DNA from: a virus
Virus record (IMG/VR): IMGVR_UViG_3300045988_014863
Location: 1 to 5,835 of that record
Direction: 5' to 3' (one strand)
DNA: 5,835 bases
Part shown: one piece after another, positions 5,551 to 5,835 of the stretch
Layout of the letters: every line of letters begins with the position of its first letter
Numbering within the stretch: position 1 is the first letter of the stretch
Program-made: the position numbers and the translations under genes
Notes under the pieces: model-generated
Database searches by the model: none
What the model saw: the letters and a program-made list of their open reading frames with translations, nothing else
What the model was told of the DNA's origin: nothing

Positions 5551-5562
5551 AGGTGACACCAA

Positions 5563-5835
5563 CTATAAAATACCACGCTTTTTCGTTTGTTTTTTGGTGA
5601 CACGTTCTTTTGTCTCTAGGACTGTCTTGTAGTCCTGTGCTTCTAGCTGTAGACGCTTCTGCTCTATGGCGTTTTTCTGTCTGTTTTGCTTAATTCTCCA
5701 CAATCTTTGTGGGTTTTCCGCTTCCATCTGCTTTTCGTAGTATCTTGGAATCTGCGCTTGTTTTCCGTTTGTGCATTGAATGTATCCTTGCCGCCAGATT
5801 TCTTCTTTGTGTTCTTGATAATAGTGATCGCCGAG
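5563..5835 (-). CDS. VP4: VP4 replication initiator, C-terminal part (72 codons plus stop; 5781-5835 duplicates 1-55). The full protein is 339 aa.
   Basis: The frame is continuous with 1..802 across the junction. The tail reads ...QCTNGKQAQIPRYYEKQMEAENPQRLWRIKQNRQKNAIEQKRLQLEAQDYKTVLETKERVTKKQTKKRGIL and ends at TAG (5565..5563). This Lys/Arg/Gln-rich tail is typical of gokushovirus VP4 C-termini. Confidence 0.85.
   Translation of the reverse strand, partial: LGDHYYQEHKEEIWRQGYIQCTNGKQAQIPRYYEKQMEAENPQRLWRIKQNRQKNAIEQKRLQLEAQDYKTVLETKERVTKKQTKKRGIL
5781..5835. repeat. Terminal direct repeat, copy 2 (a duplicate of 1-55 from linearising a circle).
   Basis: Exact 55-nt identity with the window start. 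Confidence 0.95.

Noticed and set aside
1-5835. Prophage integration signals (integrase, tRNA attB, dif-like site)
   Set aside because: No integrase or recombinase ORF and no tRNA were seen, and I found no recognisable XerC/D dif-like 28-mer by eye. The ends of the window are a circular overlap, not host flanks.

Overview
This window is a complete circular genome of a gokushovirus-like Microviridae ssDNA phage. It is presented as the strand complementary to the virion sense strand, so every gene lies on the minus strand. Positions 5781-5835 repeat positions 1-55 exactly, so the unit genome is 5780 bp and the window wraps through the replication-initiator gene. Gene order on the sense strand is: a sigma70-type promoter (5148..5120); a 61-aa basic protein; a peptidase M15 (VanY-like) lysin; a 34-aa ORF that the ORF track missed; 73-aa and 79-aa hypothetical proteins; VP3-like scaffold; VP1 major capsid (560 aa); VP2 Gly-rich pilot or minor capsid (294 aa); VP4 HUH replication initiator (339 aa, crossing the circular junction); a hairpin terminator (5550..5519). 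The only sizeable non-coding region (about 5149-5562) holds ten phased direct TTTCAACA iterons, two GC-rich alternating purine-pyrimidine palindromes beside an AT-rich tract, and a bipartite hairpin; together these look like the replication and regulatory control region. All plus-strand ORFs in the track are antisense artefacts. Strong Shine-Dalgarno sites and a consensus TTGACA/TGnTATAAT promoter suggest a Firmicutes or Proteobacteria host rather than Bacteroidetes. No tRNA, integrase, CRISPR array or transposon is present.
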